DNA from: Hormiphora californensis | Taxonomy: Eukaryota > Animalia > Ctenophora | Assembly (NCBI GenBank): GCA_020137815.1 | Contig: CM035357.1 | Coordinates: forward strand, 930,001 to 994,000 | DNA: 64,000 nt | Direction of reading: 5' to 3' | Part shown: piece by piece, positions 57,042 through 64,000 of the stretch | How the letters are laid out: each line of letters opens with the position of its first letter | Position numbering within the stretch: the stretch's first letter is position 1 | Translations under genes and position numbers: made by a program | Notes under the pieces: generated by a model | Database searches by the model: none | Told to the model about the DNA's origin: nothing | The model's input: the letters and a program-made list of their open reading frames with translations, nothing else

Positions 57042-58552
57042 ATTGGACATAATGTAGCTTTAGAGATCAGGCATGACTCGAGAGACAGTTCAATGGTAAC
57101 TGGGAGGTCATGTGTGTGATGGAAATGAGAACTAGAGACAGATTTGAGTTGCATTTTATTGATGAAATAGCCCTTTTTGGGGTCTGAGACAAGCAAAAGT
57201 GAAACGAAATGCAACGTGACGAACGGTAATGAGTAGAATTCTGCTCTGTGAATTGTTATTGTCCTATCAAACACGCAATGGCAAAGTACAAAGTTTCCCA
57301 AATTTATTAAATGCGAAATTCCAAAGTTTTGGTCGATTTTGGCCAAAATTGCTGCCCTAAACTAACTATTGGACTGTGCGTTGCCGGGGAGACTGCTCGC
57401 TGGTGACTGAGAGATCATATGTTCTCAAATGTTGGTATTTGAGGCGGATTTAAGTTGCATTTTAGTGAGGGGAAGAGCTAATATTGGACAATAATGTAGC
57501 TTTAGAGATCAGGCATGACTCGAGAGACAGTTCAATGGTAACTGGGAGGTCATGTGTGATGGAAATGAGAACTAGAGACAGATTTGAGTTGCATTTTATT
57601 GATGAAAATAGCCCTTTTTGGTGTCTGAGACAAGCAAAAGTGAAACGAAATGCAACGTGACGAACGAGTAATGAGTAGAATTCTGCTTGTGACTTGTTAT
57701 GTCTTTATCAAACACGCAATGGCAAAGTACAAAGTTTCCCAAATTTAATTAAATGCGAAATTCCAAAGTTTGGCGATTTTGGCCAAAATTGCTGCCCTAA
57801 ACTAACTATTGGACTGTGCGTTGCCGGGGAGACTGCTCGCTGGTGACTGATGAGAGATCATATGTTCTCAAATGTTGGTATTTGAGGCGGATTTAAGTTG
57901 CATTTTAGTGAGGGGAAGAGCTAATATGGACAATAATGTGCTTTAGAGATCAGGCATGACTCGAGAGACAGTTCAATGGTAACTGGGAGGTCATGTGGAT
58001 GGAAATGAGAACTAGAGGACAGATTTGAGTTGCATTTTATTGATGAAAATAGCCCTTTTTGGTGTCTGAGACAAGCAAAAGTGATGAAACGAAATGCACG
58101 TGACGAAACGAGTAATGAATAGAATTCTGCTCTGTGACTTGGTATTGCTCCTTATCAAACACGCAATGGCAAAGTACAAAGTTTCCCAAATTAATTTAAA
58201 TGCGATTCCAAAGTTTTGGTCGATTTTGGCAAAATTGCTGCCCTAAAATAACTATTGGACTGTGCGTTGCCGGGGAGACTGCCGCTGGTGACTGAGAGAT
58301 CATATGTTCTCAAATGTTGGTATTTGAGGCGGATTTAAGTTGCATTTAGTGGGGGAAGAGCTAATATTGGACAATAATGTAGCTTTAGAGATCGGCATGA
58401 CTCGAGAGACAGTTCAATGGTAACTGGGAGGTCATGTGTGATGGAAATGAGAACTAGAGACAGATTTGAGTTGCATTATTTATTGATGAAAATAGCCCTT
58501 TTTGGTGTCTGAGACAAGCAAAAGTGAAACGAAATGCAACGTGACGAACGAG
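57042..58552. repeat. ~442-bp tandem repeat, ~3.4 copies
   Basis: ATTGGACA..ATGTAGCTTTAGAGATCAGGCATGACTCGAG recurs at ~57042, 57484, 57926 and 58366. Confidence 0.92.
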
Positions 58553-58960
58553 TCTAATATCTGTCCTTTGAGTATAACGTTGTACCCCCTCTTGTGTACA
58601 CTGCACGAAAAGGATGGTTTGTTTAATGTTAATGAAAGGCCATAGTATCTATTGTCCTTGGTATACAAATGTACATGCATGTTACAATATATCCAGACCA
58701 ATACAACTGTAAATCTAGTGAATGATGGACCAGTGATTATAAACTCTTTCTCCAGTTGGATCAGAATATATTCTCTGATAATGATTGTGTGCTAGCGAAC
58801 TTTATTCAGACATTGGAAGATATCACATTTCACAGAGATTGTGTGTGAGGCGTGTTAGAGGGAAGAAGGGGGACAGGGACAGGAACACGAGAGAGGAAGA
58901 GGGAGAGGGACAGGAACACGAGAGAGGGAGGGAGAGGAGAGGGAGAATGCCACCTATAAC

Positions 58961-61900
58961 CAGGGGCTGTCTCTGAGACCGCAAAATTCATTGTGTGGTC
59001 CGCACAAAAGACTAGCAAATTTGGGTGGGTTGTAAAAAAAGCACATGAGCGCGCAAATGATGGAGTTTCGCCAATTTTTTTGTACTGTGGGATTCACAGG
59101 CTTTCACCTACTGCTTGGTGAAAACCCGGTGGAAAACGGTTGATCACAGCTTTGCAGTGATCTAAACCGCTGGGAACTTATTTCATAGTGTTTCATATTT
59201 GGTGGAGTACGGCTCTTTATCCGCCTATCACTAAAAATTGAGATAGAAACTCGAAAAAAATCGTCTCATGAGTCATCCAAAATGTCCATTCTACCGATTC
59301 CCGGGTCGTTTGGGGGTTCCAGGCCCAACCGTTCGGGAGCCTATAGCCACATAAGTAAAAAAAGCCGGTTGATTTTTCGACCGGGTCATTTTGCGGGTCA
59401 CCAAGTATCAGTGATCTGATCACATGATTGAGGTGTTGAAAATTGGATTTTATTGATTATTTGAGACTGCAAAACGACTTTTACAAGTAAACCTATGAAT
59501 CTCTCTCCCTCCCACTATTTTACATTACAATCTCACTTGTGTGTGCACAGTTACACACAAAAGGGGGGGGGGACCTTCCACCTTCTGCTTCACAGGACTG
59601 TGGACCAAGGGCAGTGCTGATCAACTGTAAACATTTGCAACTAATGATATCAAAGCAAAAATCACTCTACCCGACTAATTCAATAGGCTGAATCACATGA
59701 GCAACTTTAAAGATCTCAGAGGTCGATAAAGTGCTCTAATTGGTTATAATAGGGTCTAATTGACTAAATTACAACTTCTCCCCTGAAAACGCTATGAAGT
59801 CGTATGAGGGCACTATACCCACTGACTTGGATACCCTGATTACATGAGCATCTTTTCTAAGCTCTCAGAGATCGAGAAAGTGCTCTAATTGGGTCCAATT
59901 GACCAAATAATTACCACTTTCCGTAATCTCTAAAGTTCATTTGGAGACACTTACCCACTGATTTTGATACCCTGATTCACATGAACAGGGCATGAGTATC
60001 TTTTAAAAGCTCTATTTGTGGAAAAAGTGCTCTAATTGAGCGTAATTGGGTCTAATTGACCAGAATAATTAACATTTGACTCCTGTAGGGTGATCTCTCT
60101 CAAATCGTGTGCTCAGTGTCTCCAAATAGTCAGGGCATATGATGACAAAATGAGAGCATAATTGTTATCAAGCTAATCCACTTCTAGTAGGCTCTAATAG
60201 GTCCCTAGAAACACCAAAAAAATTGGCCGCGGTTTTATCAATGAAGAAGTTGGGTTTTTGGGCCACGCCTTTTACCTAGTTTTTAGCCTTCTAGCGAAAA
60301 CCAAAACGGGGGTTAGGAAAGGAGTAGAGAAAAATTGAGGGCACTAAAATGTGTAGCATCTTCGCATAGTGGGGGTAGGTGCGGAATAAGTCTCTATCTC
60401 ATCTGGTTATTAGATAATTGGATAATAGATGAGCAGGAGATGGGCATAACCGTTTTTTTGGCTATACGGCTATATCCACTCTGGAGTGGTTTAAAGACTT
60501 TCACTGGTGCCATTTTGTTCAGAAGAAAAAGTTAATCTAAGAGTTGTGAAGAAATTTATGGTCTATTTTCTAACCGTTCTGTGGATATTTGCGGTCAAAG
60601 TATGTTAATGTACTCGAAAATTAGCCTAAAATGCCAAAAAATGAGTACATTGGCATACTTTGACCGCAAATATCCACAGAACGGTTTAGAGATAGACCAT
60701 AATTTCTTCACAACTCTAGATAACTTTTTCTTCTGAACAAAATGGCACCAGTGAAAAGTCTCTAAACCACTCCAGAGTGGGGCATAGCCGTATGCCAAAA
60801 AACGGTATTACACATCTCCTGCTCATCTAATTATCCAATTATCTATAACCTCTACTCCTTTCTTAACCTCTACTCCTTTCCTAAGCCTGTTTGGTTTTCG
60901 CCAGAAGGCAAAAACATGGGTAAAAAGGCGTGGCCGAAAAACCCAACTTCTCATTGATAAAACCGCGGCCAAATTTTTTGGTGTTAGAGCTACTAGAAGT
61001 AGAATAGCTTGATAACAATTATGTCCTTTTTCACGCATTTTTTGGCATCATATGCACTGACTAAAATGAACTTATGAACTTATGAAAATGTGTATTATTT
61101 TGGTCAATTGGACCCTTAGAGCACTTTATCGATTCTGAGAGCTTAGAAATAGCTCATGGGAATCAGGGTATCCAAGTCAGTGGGTTATAGTGCCTCATAC
61201 GACTTCATAGCGTTTTCAGGGGAGAAGTTGTAATTTAGATCAATTAGACCCTATTATAACCAATTAGAGCACTTTATCGACCTCTGAGAGCTTTAAAAAG
61301 ATGCTCATGTGAATCAGGGTATCCAAGTCAGTGGGTATAGTGCCCTCATACGACTTCATAGCGTTTCAGGGGAGAAGGTGTAATTTAGATCATTAGACAT
61401 ATATAACCAATTAGAGCACTTTATCGACCTCTGAGAGCTTTAAAAAGATGCTCATGTGAATCAGGGTATCCAAGTCAGTGGGTATAGTGCCCTCATACGA
61501 ATTCATAGCGTTTTCATGGGAGAAGTTGTAATTTAGATCAATTAGACCCTATTATAACCAATTAGAGCACTTTATCGACCTCTGAGAGCTTTAAAAAGTT
61601 GCTCATGTGATTCAGCCTATTGAAATTAGTCGGGTAGAGTGAGTGATTTTGCTTTGAATCAATTAGTTGCAAATGTTTACAGTTTGATCAGCACTGCCTT
61701 GGTCCACAGTCCTGTGAAGCAGAAGGGTGGAAGGTTCCCCCCCCTTTTGTGTGTAACTGTGCACACACAAGTGAGATTATAGGGTAGAATAGTGGGAGGG
61801 AGAGAGATTCATATGTTACTTGTAAACTCCAATTTTCAACACCTCAGATCATGTGATCAGATCACGTGATACTTGGTGAGACCGCAATGACCGGTCGAAA

Positions 61901-62313
61901 AATCAACCGGCTTTTTTACTTATGTGGCAATAGGCTCCCAGACGGTTGGGCCTGGAACCCCAAACGACCTGGGAATCGGTAGAATGGACGATTTTGGATG
62001 ACTCATGAGACGATTTTTTTCGCGTTTCATCTCAATTTTTAGTGATAGGCGGATAAAGAGCCGTACCCCACCAAATATGAATACACTATGAAATGAAGTT
62101 CCCAGCGGTTCAGATCACTGCAAATCTTGTGATCAACTGTTTTCACCGGGTTTTCACAAAGCAGTGTGAAAGCCTTGTGAATCCCAAGTACAAAAAAATT
62201 GGCGAAACTCCATATTTGCGCGCTCAGTGTGCTTATTTGTACAACCCACCCAAATTTGCTAGTCTTTTGTGCGGACCACACAACGAATTTTGCGGTCTCA
62301 GAGACAGCCCCTG
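58961..62313. mobile_element. 3.35-kb palindromic non-autonomous element with CAGGGG ends and 5-bp TSD
   Basis: ATAAC|CAGGGGCTGTCTCTGAGACCGCAAAATTC ... GAATTTTGCGGTCTCAGAGACAGCCCCTG|ATAAC. The arms are inverted almost to the centre (~60630) and contain ~148-bp tandem subrepeats. Confidence 0.88.
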
Positions 62314-62545
62314 ATAACAGTGACTCTGTAGACTCTAGAGCTGTAGTCACGCACAAAATGCGGCACATTGTAGTCACGCACAGCTACTATATATAAATGT
62401 ACTACTCTATAACAATGTAGCTACATTGTACATGCATTTAGAAACAACTCATTACTCAATCATATATTTCGGGCTGGTATGACCCACATACTGACAGTGG
62501 TAAGTCAATGGCCATCATATCTAGGGGAGGGAAGGGGTAAATTAC

Positions 62546-63462
62546 CTTTTTAAGGGATCGATTTCCAGCATTTGTGACATGAGATCTCTGCCTTTTTTGT
62601 CCTCTGAGCATCGTTAGGTCCATTATTAGGGAACACAGAATCTGGAACCAGCTCCTCCCACTTTCTCCGGGGTATCTAGTGGGGAAGTGGATTGTCACAC
62701 TTTCTCCGGGGTATCTAGTGGGGAAAGGGGGGTATCTAGTGGGGAAAGGGATTGTCACACTTTCTCCGGGGTATCTAGTGGGGAAGGGATTGTCACACTT
62801 TCTCCGGGGTATCTAGTGGGGAAAGGGATTGTTCTCCGGGGTATCTAGTGGGGAAAGGGATTGTCACATCACTGCACATGTCACTCTCGTGTTTAGAAAG
62901 GGAAAGGGATGTTGGTCGGTTGGTGATACTAAGCAGACGTTCTATCAAGTTCTTAGAGCAGTGTGACGCGGTGAAACCAATGTTTTGTGGAGTCTATTTT
63001 TTAGTGTGGGTGGGCTAATTTGAATACTACTTTTGAATATATTACAGAAACCATGTTAGAGCCCATTCTAATTGATAATATTTACAGTGCAGTTTACAGA
63101 AATCTGGCACCTCACCAACTATTGGATGGTAAATTATAGTTGTTTTCCTGTCCCTCCCGCCCTCCCCTATCTCTCTCTTAGCCCTTCCCTAGGGGCCTAA
63201 TTGGTGGAATGGGAAATTTGGAAAATTGAAATGACATTATTTGTTTATGTGTGCAATATTATATTGTCTTTCCCGCATATTTAACTGACGTAAGGCTAGG
63301 TTAATGTTGCTATGTACAAAAGACAGTAGTCTGCAAAAGTATTCAAGTTTAAAGTAGTAAGATTCTTTTGGATCTACAACGAACTTTAAAATAGCTTACG
63401 TCAGCTCTGGGCTCTGTATTGTTCTTCTCTATAGACCCTCCATTCAGCCCCCGACTTTTCTC

Positions 63463-63521
<59 letters not shown>

Positions 63522-63752
63522 ACCCACCCCCTCCCCTCCTTCCCCTCCTTCCCCTTATTATTCTCCCGTTCTGACCCTCACTTACCCTTTCTTCTCCCGT
63601 TCTGAGTTCTGACCCTCACTTACCCTTTCTTTAGAGCGAATATAGTTTTTCACTGTTCCCACCAGTCTATCAATGAAGGCATCATCGGGGGTGCCCAGCA
63701 CTGATGCTATCTGATGCCACTGGTCAATGTGATCCGAACCGGGGAAAAATAC
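62546..63752 (-). CDS. JNK: JNK-like MAP kinase, internal exons (gene extends beyond the window)
   Basis: Exon 63752-63624 VFFPGSDHIDQWHQIASVLGTPDDAFIDRLVGTVKNYIRSKER; exon 62675-62546 IPRRKWEELVPDSVFP...RDLMSQMLEIDPLK (one base missing near 62590). A probable degraded next exon (ISV.DIFQ) lies near 58840. Confidence 0.8.
62659..62868. repeat. ~38-bp tandem repeat containing the JNK splice acceptor
   Basis: TTTCTCCGGGGTATCTAGTGGGGAA..GGATTGTCACAC, about 6 full or partial copies. Confidence 0.88.
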
Positions 63753-64000
63753 CTGATAATACAGGGTGGTAAAGAGATGGTGGTAATTCTATAGGGTGGG
63801 TAGTAACTTAGGGATAACACCATTTGGGGAAGTGGGAAGAGTGTGTTCACTATTCAGTTGGAATATTGTAGAAGATGATGTAGGAATATAATATTGTTGC
63901 GGTGATAGTGACATGATGTAAATGGTGCTAACTGCTAGGATAGTGTTTGCAAAAGTGCGGATGTAGCATTCTGCGGGGGGGGGGCCGGCTGAAGTTTTTG

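Overview
Intron-rich, microsatellite-rich animal genomic DNA. The overall style suggests an invertebrate, possibly a ctenophore, but this is not established. About nine protein genes can be supported: a Shisa/WBP1-like single-pass membrane protein, a large RS-rich RRM protein, RPL15, nucleoside diphosphate kinase, prolyl 4-hydroxylase alpha, cohesin STAG/SA, an orphan gene, a selenocysteine GPx4-like glutathione peroxidase with a SECIS, and the 3' part of a JNK-like MAP kinase. There is also an intronic tRNA-His and a nested antisense ORF. Main observations: (1) eight predicted start codons sit 2-14 nt behind a splice acceptor, as expected under spliced-leader trans-splicing; (2) P4HA carries two tandem copies of the catalytic HxD exon separated by only 49 nt, probably mutually exclusive; (3) exon-intron junction sequences are locally duplicated at nine or more places; (4) non-autonomous palindromic DNA elements are dense, including a 3.35-kb palindrome with a 5-bp TSD and a family of 51-77 bp elements with 9-bp TSDs. 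Several stretches look like low-accuracy consensus with frameshifts, so gene models there are approximate. All calls were made by eye without database searches.
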